A stretch of 64,000 bases of DNA, from assembly GCA_002719675.1 (NCBI GenBank), contig PBID01000019.1, positions 38,556 to 102,555 of the forward strand. The letters run 5' to 3'. The DNA is from Chloroflexota bacterium (GTDB lineage Bacteria; Chloroflexota; Dehalococcoidia; Lucifugimonadales; GCA-2719675). The notes beneath the pieces were generated by a model that was given only the letters and a program-made list of their open reading frames with translations, searched no databases and was not told where the DNA came from. The translations under genes and the position numbers were made by a program. This document shows positions 47,107-56,982 of this stretch, one piece after another (the first letter of the stretch is position 1; the number at the start of each line of letters is the position of its first letter).

Positions 47107-47859
47107 ATGGAATTGAAAGGGAAAGTTGCAATTGTTACTGGAGGTAATGGAGGATTAGGAAGGAGAATTTCTTTTGCTTTGGCAAAAAATGGAGTGGATG
47201 TTGCAATTATATTCAAAGAAAGCGAACAAGAAGCCAAAAGTGTTTCTGATGAAGTACGATCATTTGGCGTAAATTCTTTTCCTTTCCAGTGTGATATCTC
47301 CAAGTCTGAAGATGTTAAATCAATGTTAAAAGCTGTTGAAAATAAATTTCACAGATTAGATATTTTGATTAATAATGCTGCGTATAATAAATGGATTCCA
47401 TTTAGTAATTTAGAAGATATGACTGAAGATGAATGGAACAAAATGCTTCAGATTAATTTAACAGGACATTTAATGTGTATGAAATATTCTTCGCCATATA
47501 TGAAAAAACAAGGTGCAGGAAGGATTGTTAATATTTCTTCTGTGGCAGGTGTAGCTCCTACTGGATCTTCTATTGGATACGCAGTTGCTAAATCTGGACT
47601 GAACCATTTGACAAAATGTATGGCGGTAGCAGTTGCTCCTGATATATTAGTTAATTGCGTCGCTCCTGGGTTTTTAGAAGGAACTAGAGCAACTAGTAAT
47701 TTAGCTCCATCTTATCGTGAAATGGCAAAAAACAAATCATTGTTGAAGAAAGCAGCAGACAAAGATGATGTTGCAGATCAAGTTTTGACATTTTGTAAGA
47801 CTGATACAACTACGGGCCAAGTTTTGATACTTGATTCAGGCAGACTTTTGAGTTATTGA
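47107..47859 (+). CDS. Short-chain dehydrogenase/reductase (FabG-like)
   Basis: 'VAIVTGGNGGLG', 'NNAA', catalytic 'YAVAKSG'. Confidence 0.85.
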   Translation: MELKGKVAIVTGGNGGLGRRISFALAKNGVDVAIIFKESEQEAKSVSDEVRSFGVNSFPFQCDISKSEDVKSMLKAVENKFHRLDILINNAAYNKWIPFSNLEDMTEDEWNKMLQINLTGHLMCMKYSSPYMKKQGAGRIVNISSVAGVAPTGSSIGYAVAKSGLNHLTKCMAVAVAPDILVNCVAPGFLEGTRATSNLAPSYREMAKNKSLLKKAADKDDVADQVLTFCKTDTTTGQVLILDSGRLLSY

Positions 47860-47932
47860 TATAGTTATTATTTGAATTAAAAGGTATGATAATTATAGAT
47901 TTTCAAACTTTATTTAGAGGTGATTAATTTAG

Positions 47933-48877
47933 GTGAATATTAAAGATAATTATTATGATGTAGTTATAGCTGGACAAGGTGCAGCAGCCTTTGCGGCTGG
48001 TTTGTACGCAGCTAGATATCAAATCAAAAGTTTGATAATTGGTGAAACTTTTGGAGGAGAGACAGCAACAGGTGGTTTGATAGAAAATTATCCTGGATAT
48101 CCTGAAATTGATGGATTTGATTTAATGCTGAAATTTAAAGAACAAGTTGAAAAATACGATGTTCCTATAATTGATGACAAAGTAGATAGTGTTAAAAAAC
48201 AAGAAAATTTATTTCAAGTCAAAACATTTGGTGGAGAAATGTTTTCTGCAGGTACTGTGATTTTGGCTGTTGGTCGAAACCGCAGAACTCTTAATTTAAA
48301 AAATGAAGAAGAATGGGTTGGTAGAGGCGTATCATACTGTTCAACTTGTGATGCTCCTATGCATAAAAATAATGTTGTTGCAATAGTTGGAGGAGGGAAT
48401 GCCGCTGTGGAAGGGGCTCTTTTATTGAGTAGATATGCTTCTACAGTTTATTTGATATATCGTAAGGAAGAATTTACTAGGCCTGAGCCTATTAGTTTGC
48501 AACAATTAAATCAAAGTAAGAATATCAAGCAAGTAATGTCTACAAATGTGACACAATTGAATGGAGTAGATGGCTTAGACTCGATTTCTATAGATAAAGA
48601 ATATAATGGTGTTTCTGAAATTGATGTAGATGGAATCTTTATTGAAATTGGAGCTGACCCTAGGGTGGAAATTCCGAATCAATTAAAATTAGAATTAAAT
48701 GAAAAAAATGAAGTAATTGTTGATTCTGAAATGAGAACTAATGTAGAAGGTATTTTTGCGGCAGGAGATTTATGTAATTCTTCTGGTGATTTAAAGCAAA
48801 CAATTACAGCTGCTTCACAAGGTGCAATTGCAGCAACATCCACGTATCATTACATTATGAATTCAAAATTAGATTAA
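47933..48877 (+). CDS. trxB: Thioredoxin-disulfide reductase
   Basis: 'VVIAGQGAAAFAAGLYAAR', redox-active 'CSTCDA', 'VGGGNAAVEGA', 'FAAGD'. GTG start after GAGGTGA. Confidence 0.9.
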   Translation: MNIKDNYYDVVIAGQGAAAFAAGLYAARYQIKSLIIGETFGGETATGGLIENYPGYPEIDGFDLMLKFKEQVEKYDVPIIDDKVDSVKKQENLFQVKTFGGEMFSAGTVILAVGRNRRTLNLKNEEEWVGRGVSYCSTCDAPMHKNNVVAIVGGGNAAVEGALLLSRYASTVYLIYRKEEFTRPEPISLQQLNQSKNIKQVMSTNVTQLNGVDGLDSISIDKEYNGVSEIDVDGIFIEIGADPRVEIPNQLKLELNEKNEVIVDSEMRTNVEGIFAAGDLCNSSGDLKQTITAASQGAIAATSTYHYIMNSKLD

Positions 48878-48893
48878 CAGGAGAGAGTAAAAA

Positions 48894-49406
48894 ATGAGAA
48901 ATTTGAAAAACTATTTCTTTTATGGAGCAATTATTGTTTCATTAACTATACTTATGGCTGCTTGCTCATCAGGGGGCGGTGGTGAAGAAGGAACAATTAC
49001 CTTGATACAGCCTGTTATAGAAAGTGCTCCAGTTTCTGCTCGAAATGTAGGTGAAAAGAAATCTGATGAGAGTTTGAAACGAAAAATCGAATTACCACTT
49101 ATAATGTGGGATGCTTGGGAAGCTAAGAGATATGGTGTTGCCGGAGGAATTGACAGTGCTGGATATTTCAAACCTTCTGTTAAAGCAGATTTTTGTGCAG
49201 TCAGAGGTGATGGAACCCCTTTGGAAGTAGGAACTAAGGTTCAAGTATTAGAACATGCAGCTTGCCTATATTCCATACAATTTATAGAAGGTCAAAAAGC
49301 TCCTCAGTATATGATAGGAATGAGTAAAATTAGAGTTGTAGAGACTGGTCAGGAAGGCTGGGTATTTTCACCCGCTGTAAATAAGTTTAACGAACCAACA
49401 GAATAA
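48894..49406 (+). CDS. Small Cys-anchored secreted protein, family member C (unknown function)
   Basis: Leader 'ILMAAC|SSGGGG', then 'IELPLIMWDAWEA', 'FCAV', 'AACLY', 'KIRVVETGQEGWVFSPAV'. Lies 16 nt after trxB. Confidence 0.8.
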   Translation: MRNLKNYFFYGAIIVSLTILMAACSSGGGGEEGTITLIQPVIESAPVSARNVGEKKSDESLKRKIELPLIMWDAWEAKRYGVAGGIDSAGYFKPSVKADFCAVRGDGTPLEVGTKVQVLEHAACLYSIQFIEGQKAPQYMIGMSKIRVVETGQEGWVFSPAVNKFNEPTE

Positions 49407-49416
49407 TAACTTACTA

Positions 49417-50514
49417 TTATTGAGTACATCCTCTACCAGGGATATCTATAACTTGTTCAACTTGATTATTTCTAATTCCGACGTATTGATCCCATCTGTT
49501 CACAAGCATATCTTGGTACCAAGGGATTAATACGAAGTTATCTCCTACTTGTACGTTAGCATTAGAAATATCTAATTCACAATTTTCTGGATGCATTCCA
49601 ACTACTTTAATATTTTCAGGTGTTTCAACTTCTGGCAATTGCTTTTCTGGCCAAGAAAAAGATTTTGTACCGATATCACCAATAGCAATCTGATCGTTTT
49701 TAATAGATGTAATTGTACCTAATACTTTATTGGCTATTTTGAAATCATCCATGTAAGAGTATCTTGTGCCCATTAAAGCGTACGTTCCGCCTTCCACTTC
49801 TGTGACACCTTCTACTTGTATTGCTGAATCTATTGTAAAGGTTTCACCACTAGATACCATTTCCACATGAATACCTTCAGCTTCTATAGCACGTTTAGAT
49901 TCAACACAAATTTCCATATATTCTATACCTTCAGCTATTCTATTTTCATGTGTTGAAAACTCTGCTAAATGCTGATGGCTCATAACACCCATAAATTTTA
50001 ATCCAGGTAAGCTTGTAATCAATTTTGCTAAATATACTGATTCTTCAGACGATCTTACTCCCCCTCTTTCCATAGAAGTATCAACCTCTATCAAAATCCC
50101 CACTGTGACACCTAATTCAGAAGCAATCTTTGAAATTAATCTTGTGTTTTCTTCACCATATACACATACTTTTACATCTCCATGTAGCTGCAAAGCACAT
50201 AATCGTCTTATTTTATCTTCTGTAACAATTTGATTCGGAATCAATACATCTGTGATTCCACCTTCTACCATTACTTCAGCTTCTGATAATTTAGCTGTAC
50301 ATACACCATTTAGAGTACCCCCAGCATTGATTTGCATCATAGCTAATCTTGGGCTTTTAGTGTTTTTTGTATGCTGTCTCATTTTACAAACAGTATCTTT
50401 GTAAGTTTTATCAATAACCTTGAAATTTGATTCCATGGCATCCATGTCAATAAATAAACAAGGTGTTTCAATATCACTGATTAATGTTCCGGGGCTGGGT
50501 CTATAATTATCCAT
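49417..50514 (-). CDS. PLP-dependent enzyme with alanine-racemase-like N-domain (D-threonine aldolase / D-serine dehydratase DSD1 type)
   Basis: 'TPCLFIDMDAMESN', PLP-Lys region 'RQHTKNTKSP', C-terminal beta-domain. Confidence 0.7.
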   Translation of the reverse strand: MDNYRPSPGTLISDIETPCLFIDMDAMESNFKVIDKTYKDTVCKMRQHTKNTKSPRLAMMQINAGGTLNGVCTAKLSEAEVMVEGGITDVLIPNQIVTEDKIRRLCALQLHGDVKVCVYGEENTRLISKIASELGVTVGILIEVDTSMERGGVRSSEESVYLAKLITSLPGLKFMGVMSHQHLAEFSTHENRIAEGIEYMEICVESKRAIEAEGIHVEMVSSGETFTIDSAIQVEGVTEVEGGTYALMGTRYSYMDDFKIANKVLGTITSIKNDQIAIGDIGTKSFSWPEKQLPEVETPENIKVVGMHPENCELDISNANVQVGDNFVLIPWYQDMLVNRWDQYVGIRNNQVEQVIDIPGRGCTQ

Positions 50515-50658
50515 ATTATTCCTCTTATTAAAACTCTCATGATATTATATGACGACCAATCCACCAATATGCAAAAAAATGGACTTAATGAAATAAAAAA
50601 CGAAGAATTTCGAAAAAAATACCTGATAAGTGGTTGTGAGTATGAAGGATGTATATAA

Positions 50659-51723
50659 ATGAATCAAATAAAAAAAATTAATATCCATGATTATTCTCTA
50701 AGTGCAAAATCTATATTGCCAAAACCTTTATGGGACTATATTCAAGGTGGAGCCAGTGACGAAATAACTATTGAAATGAACACAAATGATTTCAAAAAAA
50801 TCAAAGTAATCCCTCGTAGAATGATCGATATTAAAAACCGTAATACTACCACTTCGATTTTCGGGCAGAAAATTAAATTCCCAGTTTTAATTGCTCCTGT
50901 TGGCGGACAAAGGCAATTCCATGAAGATGGTGTAATGGGTAGCACTAAAGCAGCTGAAACAGCAGGCATAATCAATGTAGTTCCAACCAATAGCGGATAT
51001 TCTCTAGAAGAAGTTGCGAAAAACACAACTGAAAAACATTGGTTTCAAATTTATCATTACGATAAAGAAGTCACAAAAGATTTGATTTTAAGGGCAGAAA
51101 ATTCAGGATACAGTGCAATATGTTTGACCGTCGATGGAGTAAGAACTGATAGAAGGGAAAGAGATAAAAGAAATAATTTGAAATTAGAAGATTCTAAATG
51201 GGGAGCCAACTTAATTAACTATCCTGGATTGATACAAAATATATCTTTGAAAGGGCAGGATTCCATGGATACCATTACCTACGACACCATTACATGGATA
51301 CGTGAACTAACAAATTTACCACTAATTATCAAAGGTATTATTTCACCTGATGACGCCAAAAACCTTGAAGAAATTGGTGTCAACGGCATCGTTGTTTCCA
51401 ACCATGGCGGTAGAGTGACAGATTCAATGCAATCTTCGATTTCAGCTTTACCAAAAATTAAAAATGTAGTTAATAAAGAATTTGAGCTTTATTTAGATTC
51501 AGGTATTAGAAGAGGCATAGATGTAATTAAAGCAATATCATTAGGAGCTAAAGCAGTATTAATTGGTAGGCCAATGCTATGGGGTTTAGCGACAAATGGT
51601 CAAAGAGGAGTTGAAGATATTTTAAAAATAATTCATGAAGAAATAGACTTAGCAATGGCTGGATGTGGAAAAACTCAAATTTCTCAAATTAATTCTACAA
51701 TGGTGGAATATAATTTCGACTAA
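50659..51723 (+). CDS. FMN-dependent alpha-hydroxy acid oxidase/dehydrogenase (glycolate oxidase / L-lactate dehydrogenase family)
   Basis: 'WFQIY', 'LTVD', 'IIKGI', 'VVSNHGGR', 'DSGIRRGIDVIKAISLGA'. Confidence 0.88.
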   Translation: MNQIKKINIHDYSLSAKSILPKPLWDYIQGGASDEITIEMNTNDFKKIKVIPRRMIDIKNRNTTTSIFGQKIKFPVLIAPVGGQRQFHEDGVMGSTKAAETAGIINVVPTNSGYSLEEVAKNTTEKHWFQIYHYDKEVTKDLILRAENSGYSAICLTVDGVRTDRRERDKRNNLKLEDSKWGANLINYPGLIQNISLKGQDSMDTITYDTITWIRELTNLPLIIKGIISPDDAKNLEEIGVNGIVVSNHGGRVTDSMQSSISALPKIKNVVNKEFELYLDSGIRRGIDVIKAISLGAKAVLIGRPMLWGLATNGQRGVEDILKIIHEEIDLAMAGCGKTQISQINSTMVEYNFD

Positions 51724-51742
51724 ATATATAACTTATTAAATC

Positions 51743-52171
51743 CTAAAATATTTTTCTATAAAGTTCCCCAACCCAAATAACAATTAAAATAAGTAAGATC
51801 TGTGCAAATCCACGAAAAATATGTTCAGTATTGGATAATAGTTTTCCTCCAATTGGAATATCATAAATCCACATATATAAATTGGCCCAATATACTAAAA
51901 CAAGAAAACAAATAAACAATATACTTGCGACAGTTCTAGAATATCTAGGTATTAATATTAAACCAAGAAAAATTTCAAAAAAACCACTTAAATATACCCA
52001 GAATTTTGGATTGCCAAGTATTTTAGGAACTATAGGCTCAAACCAACTTGGGTCTAAAAAATGCATTATTCCTATATAAATAAACCAACCTGAATAGATT
52101 AAAACAACACAATTTCTAATAAAATTTTTTGAAATATTAAATAAAAAATTTTGAAATAATTCGATTACCAA
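51743..52171 (-). CDS. DoxX-like small integral membrane protein
   Basis: 142 aa, four hydrophobic segments, 'GIMHFLDPSWFEPIVPKILGNPKFWVYLSGFFEIFLG'. Overlaps the upstream gene's end by 7 nt. Confidence 0.5.
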   Translation of the reverse strand: MVIELFQNFLFNISKNFIRNCVVLIYSGWFIYIGIMHFLDPSWFEPIVPKILGNPKFWVYLSGFFEIFLGLILIPRYSRTVASILFICFLVLVYWANLYMWIYDIPIGGKLLSNTEHIFRGFAQILLILIVIWVGELYRKIF

Positions 52172-53319
52172 TTTGTATGAGATCCATCTTTTCTTTTCAA
52201 ATGAGGTGTTTCTGAAAACTTAAACGGGTTAGTTAATGAAGCTTCATCTACATCAACACCTAATCCAGGCTGATTAAGCACTGTTACTTTTCCAGGAACA
52301 ATTTCTGGCTGGACAGGAAATATTTCTTTCGAATAAAACCCCGTAGTCTCCCCAGAAGATTCTCGAATTTCTAGCCATGAAAAATTTGGTGTAGCCATTG
52401 CCAGGTGTGAAGTTGCAGCAACACATATAGGACCAAGAGGGTTATGTGGCATTAAATCAATATAATGAGCTTCTGCCCATCCTGCAACCTTCATAGCTTC
52501 AGTGAATCCACCTACATTACAAATATCAAGTCTTGCATAGTTTGTTAAACCTTTTTCAATATATGGCAAAAATTGCCATTTTGAAGAAAATTCTTCACCT
52601 ATAGCAAATGGAATGTTCGTTAATTTTCTCAAAGATTCATACGCTTCAGGTGTTTCATCACGAATAGGTTCTTCTAGGAAATCTAAAGTGTGAGAAGGCA
52701 TCATCTGGCAAAAAGAAGCTGCTTCCGCTACAGATAATCTATGATGATAATCAATACCAATTACAGGTTTATTGCCAACTGCTTCTCTTACCTTAATTAA
52801 GCCTTCTGCAGTCTCTGAAATAGATTCCCTAGGTTCATAAATTCCTTCGTTAAATTCTTTTTCATAAGCTCTGTGAATTCGAAAACAATTGAACCCTTCC
52901 AAAATCATTTTTTTTGCAGAATCTATCATTTCTTCTGAAGAATTTCCATTACCTGTCGCAAAAGTAGGAACCCAATTACGATGTTTCCCTCCAAGTAAAT
53001 CATAAACTGGAACCCCCAATTTTTTACCTACAATATCATATAGAGCAATATCTATTGATGAAATTGCTGCAGTTAATGTTCGGCCTCCCTCAAAATACTG
53101 GCTTCTATACATTTCTTGCCATAGAGCCCCTCTCTTAAGTGGATCTCTTCCAATTAACCACTCTTTGTAATGATCTATAATTCCTTTAACGCCAAGTTCT
53201 CTGGTTGATAAACCTGATTCACCCCAACCATAAATTCCTTCGTTAGTCTCCACTTTAACCAACATCTGATTTCTGGTTCCAATCCAAACCGGAAAAGCTT
53301 TAATATCAGTGATATGCAT
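52165..53319 (-). CDS. Enolase-superfamily (mandelate racemase/muconate lactonizing enzyme) acid-sugar dehydratase-like protein
   Basis: 'ITDIKAFPVW...MLVKVETNEGIYGWGE' capping domain; barrel segments 'IGIDYHHR', 'LEEP', 'IGEE', 'MPHNPLGP'. Confidence 0.85.
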   Translation of the reverse strand: MHITDIKAFPVWIGTRNQMLVKVETNEGIYGWGESGLSTRELGVKGIIDHYKEWLIGRDPLKRGALWQEMYRSQYFEGGRTLTAAISSIDIALYDIVGKKLGVPVYDLLGGKHRNWVPTFATGNGNSSEEMIDSAKKMILEGFNCFRIHRAYEKEFNEGIYEPRESISETAEGLIKVREAVGNKPVIGIDYHHRLSVAEAASFCQMMPSHTLDFLEEPIRDETPEAYESLRKLTNIPFAIGEEFSSKWQFLPYIEKGLTNYARLDICNVGGFTEAMKVAGWAEAHYIDLMPHNPLGPICVAATSHLAMATPNFSWLEIRESSGETTGFYSKEIFPVQPEIVPGKVTVLNQPGLGVDVDEASLTNPFKFSETPHLKRKDGSHTNW

Positions 53320-53351
53320 TTTTCCCTCCTAATAATTCATGTTTAGGCAAA

Positions 53352-54758
53352 TCATAAAATTGATGGCTGTAGCATATGCCATTTAGTAGCATTTTCATAT
53401 GCTTGTGCTACTCTCAAAACTAAAGGATCATTAAATTCTGATGCTGCAATTTGCATTCCAACAGGCATGCCCTTAGAAGTAAAACCACATGGCACTGTCA
53501 AAGACGGTGCCCCCGTAATATTGAAAAATTTTACCAAGCTAGATAAAGTGGGGATTTGAGTTTTGCCATCTTTATTTTCTGAAGCATCTTTAATAGTTGG
53601 AGCTGCAATACGTTCAGTAGGACCAATTAAAATATCAAAACTATCCCACATTGAAGCACAATCTTCTTTAAAACTTATAAATTCTTGATTAGCTTTTACA
53701 TAATCAATTCCACGGATTAAAAGTCCATCTTCTATTGCGTTTCGAGCTTGACTACTAATTTTATCACCTTGGCTTTTATAAACCTCTTCATGAACAGTAG
53801 CATATTCGGTAAGCATAATAATATTTGAAAATTTAGTAGGTTTTAAAAGAGATATAGAAACATCTTCTACACAGGCACCCAAGTCTTTTAATATGATCAC
53901 AGCTTTTTGAAATATTTCCCCTATTTCAGGTTCGATAGTTGCTGATAAAGCTTCTTCTAAAATTCCGATACGAATTCCTTTGATTTCTTTATCTAGGTCA
54001 ACTGAAAAATCTTTAACAGGCAAAGTACTAGTTGAGCTATCTCTTGAATCGTGACCTGCTATAGCATTAAGCATTAAAGCAGCATCTCGAACCGTTCTGG
54101 TCATTGGACCTACAGTATCCAACGTCCAACTAACTGGTAAAACACCATATCTACTCACTAATCCAAACGTTGGCTTAAAGCCAACAATACCACAAAACGT
54201 AGCTGGAACCCTAATGGATCCACCTGTATCACTACCCATTGAGCCCATACAAAGTCTTCCCGCCACAGCAGCAGCTGAACCTCCGCTAGACCCACCAGTA
54301 ATACAATCAAGATTCCATGGATTTCTGGCGGGACCATCATGAGGGTTAACGCTTGTGGCTCCCATGGCGAATTCATCCATCTGAAGCTTGCCTATAATTA
54401 TGGCACCTGCCTGCCTTAATCTTTCAGTAACAGCGGAGTCAGTTGTTGGAATAAAATCCCTCATCACAACCGATCCAGATGCAGTACGAACTCCTTTGGT
54501 ATTGAACAAATCTTTTAGTGCTATTGGAACACCCTGTAATGGTCCGATATGGTTACCTTTTTGTATCTGATCTTCAATAAAGCGTGCAGACTTTTGAGCC
54601 TGTTCAGCCATTACGGTAATAAAAGCATTTAACTTCCCATTAACATTTTCAATACGTCTTAGATGAGCTTCCAAAAGTTCAGTGGGTGATAAATCCTTTT
54701 TACGAATCAGTTCAGATACTTGAGAAATCGACATCGAGCAAAGTTCTGAGTTATTCAA
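53352..54758 (-). CDS. Amidase-signature family amidase
   Basis: 'GGSSGGSAAAVA', '[25 protein letters not shown]'. This is a second AS-family member besides gatA. Confidence 0.88.
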   Translation of the reverse strand: MNNSELCSMSISQVSELIRKKDLSPTELLEAHLRRIENVNGKLNAFITVMAEQAQKSARFIEDQIQKGNHIGPLQGVPIALKDLFNTKGVRTASGSVVMRDFIPTTDSAVTERLRQAGAIIIGKLQMDEFAMGATSVNPHDGPARNPWNLDCITGGSSGGSAAAVAGRLCMGSMGSDTGGSIRVPATFCGIVGFKPTFGLVSRYGVLPVSWTLDTVGPMTRTVRDAALMLNAIAGHDSRDSSTSTLPVKDFSVDLDKEIKGIRIGILEEALSATIEPEIGEIFQKAVIILKDLGACVEDVSISLLKPTKFSNIIMLTEYATVHEEVYKSQGDKISSQARNAIEDGLLIRGIDYVKANQEFISFKEDCASMWDSFDILIGPTERIAAPTIKDASENKDGKTQIPTLSSLVKFFNITGAPSLTVPCGFTSKGMPVGMQIAASEFNDPLVLRVAQAYENATKWHMLQPSIL

Positions 54759-55228
54759 CTTGAATCACGAATCAGGGAACTATATTTGTAAATGTCACCG
54801 TAAGGATGAATTCCATAAATCAATCCAGGATCAGGAACAATAGGTATTTTTGTTTCAGGAGAAAACCCTCCTACAGCATCTCTAAAATCTGCACCAAGTG
54901 ACTTGATCTCTTCTTTAAAATCAGACCTTACTTTACCTAATATAACTATTTGTTTGATCTCAAATATATCTAGTAATTTTGGATTCACAGAAATTTCTAA
55001 TAATTTTTCAGCAATCTCATCAAAAATATCACCATCTTCAAACGTTTCAATTATTGTTGCTTTTTGTTGATCTTCATTTAGAAAAAATTCAAATCTGTTT
55101 ACTTTAGAAACTATAAAAGTTCCTGATTCTTCTTTTATGAATTCTTTTATAATTTGCACATCTTCTTTATAAGTCATTTCTATGATAATTGTTACAATTG
55201 AGTTCTCTGCATTTAATTTATTTGACAT
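54755..55228 (-). CDS. Hypothetical protein (possibly ABM/ferredoxin-like fold), translationally coupled to the amidase
   Basis: 157-aa ORF whose stop overlaps the amidase start by 4 nt. 'RFEFFLNEDQQKATIIETFEDGDIFDE' resembles ABM-domain strands. Weak call. Confidence 0.4.
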   Translation of the reverse strand: MSNKLNAENSIVTIIIEMTYKEDVQIIKEFIKEESGTFIVSKVNRFEFFLNEDQQKATIIETFEDGDIFDEIAEKLLEISVNPKLLDIFEIKQIVILGKVRSDFKEEIKSLGADFRDAVGGFSPETKIPIVPDPGLIYGIHPYGDIYKYSSLIRDSS

Positions 55229-55480
55229 CTAATACTCCTCAATTATTATTCTTATAATACGTTCATTTCTAATTAACTTACCTCCCCAAAACTCTTATTG
55301 ATAATAACATTTCCTTCTCGGTGGATAAATGTAAGATTTTTGTTTAATCTGTAATTAAATTCAAATAATCAAATAAGACCTACTATTCTAGAGTTTGACA
55401 ACACAGTTACTATTTTGGCAATCTAGTTTTCATTAGAATTTCAAAAATTTATCATCCAGAGAAAATTGTGGGAAATTTAT

Positions 55481-56242
55481 ATGATTAACACTCCAGTAAT
55501 TGATTTTCATGCTCATGGTGGATCCTGGGGTAGATTTGGCGTCGTAGACGATCCTAATTTATATATAAGATTAATGGATTCAGCCGGGATAGATAAAGCA
55601 TGTATCAACTCTATCTTTTTTGGTGATGCACGTTGGGCAAATAATTTGGTTTATGATAGATTCGTTACAAAATTTCCCGATAGATTTATAGGAGTTGCTT
55701 TCGTCACTCCTCACTATCCCGAAGAAACAATCAAAGAACTTGATAGATCTTTTAATAAATTAAACTTTAAATTTTTAAAACTTTACCCTCTTTACTACAG
55801 ACAACCTAGTGACTCTGATGGTTTTAAACCAATTTTTGAATGGGCAAATCAAAAAAAAATACCAATAATGTGTCACGGTAAAGACGATATCGATGCCCCA
55901 GGAACAACACTAATTAAAAAATATGAAAAATTTTCTAAAGATTATCCGAAAATAAAGTGGGTTCTAGCGCATGGTGCATGTATGGCTGACATTAATTCAG
56001 TTACTGTCGCAAAAGAACTACCAAATATCTGGCTAGAAACATGTGGATCTCCAACACCATTGAATGGAATTTCTTTTGCTGTAAATCACGGACTTGTTGA
56101 CCAAATACTATTTGGGTCAGACATGCCATTATTTGACTATAGACATCAAATTGCAAAGATTACAACAATGGATGCTTCTGAAGAAGATAAAAAGAAAATC
56201 CTCGGCTTAAATGCAATCAAACTTCTAAACCTCGATATTTAA
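55481..56242 (+). CDS. Amidohydrolase-2 (ACMSD-like) metal-dependent hydrolase/decarboxylase
   Basis: 'VIDFHAHGG' at the N-terminus (start ATG at 55481), 'MCHG', 'WVLAHG', 'ILFGSDMPLFD'. Confidence 0.8.
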   Translation: MINTPVIDFHAHGGSWGRFGVVDDPNLYIRLMDSAGIDKACINSIFFGDARWANNLVYDRFVTKFPDRFIGVAFVTPHYPEETIKELDRSFNKLNFKFLKLYPLYYRQPSDSDGFKPIFEWANQKKIPIMCHGKDDIDAPGTTLIKKYEKFSKDYPKIKWVLAHGACMADINSVTVAKELPNIWLETCGSPTPLNGISFAVNHGLVDQILFGSDMPLFDYRHQIAKITTMDASEEDKKKILGLNAIKLLNLDI

Positions 56243-56341
56243 TTAAATTCTTTTACATTCAATAAAAAAATTTAGCTATCTATTCATAAAAACTAAATTT
56301 ATATGCTATAATTTCGTGCAATAAAACCAAATTTAAATAAT

Positions 56342-56971
56342 ATGGAGAATTTTATGAATTCTAAAGTTATTGGAGCTATGTTAATACTCGGCTCACTATT
56401 GACAGTTATACCATGGTTCATTGGTGGCGATACATCTGGTATGACACCTTCGGAACAAATTACTGCAATCTTAGCAGAATCAGGTGCAGTGGAAGCTAGA
56501 TCAATTCTTAATGTATTTGGTGGAATATTTATGTTTGCAGGACTTTATTACCTAGCACGAACATTAAAAAGTGAAAATAGCCTAAGTAACCACTTTGCTG
56601 AAATTGGTGGATTATTGCTTTTGGTAACTCTACCTATATGGGTAGTTCTAATGGGTACAGACATCTCGGCTATAGACGCGGCTAAAGACCATGGAAATGA
56701 GGTTGGTGCAACAATAATAGCATCTTCTATAGGATTGCAAACGATTGGAATATTGCTAGTAGTTGGACTTTTCTCACTTGGGATATCACTAACTTTACTA
56801 AGAAAGTATAAGGGAATTATTGGCATACTATTTATTATTGCATCAGTGGCAGCTTTTATAGATATGGTAGTTGCACCAGATAGTGACGCCATTGGAACCA
56901 TAGGTTGGATGGGAATGTTCCTTATGACCCTTGTAACAGGTATTCTAACTACTCTTCAAAAAGAAAACTAA
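56342..56971 (+). CDS. Hypothetical integral membrane protein
   Basis: About 6 hydrophobic segments; no family recognised. An alternative ATG at 56354 has a better-placed GGAG (56344-56347). Confidence 0.55.
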   Translation: MENFMNSKVIGAMLILGSLLTVIPWFIGGDTSGMTPSEQITAILAESGAVEARSILNVFGGIFMFAGLYYLARTLKSENSLSNHFAEIGGLLLLVTLPIWVVLMGTDISAIDAAKDHGNEVGATIIASSIGLQTIGILLVVGLFSLGISLTLLRKYKGIIGILFIIASVAAFIDMVVAPDSDAIGTIGWMGMFLMTLVTGILTTLQKEN

Positions 56972-56982
56972 TTCTAAATAAA

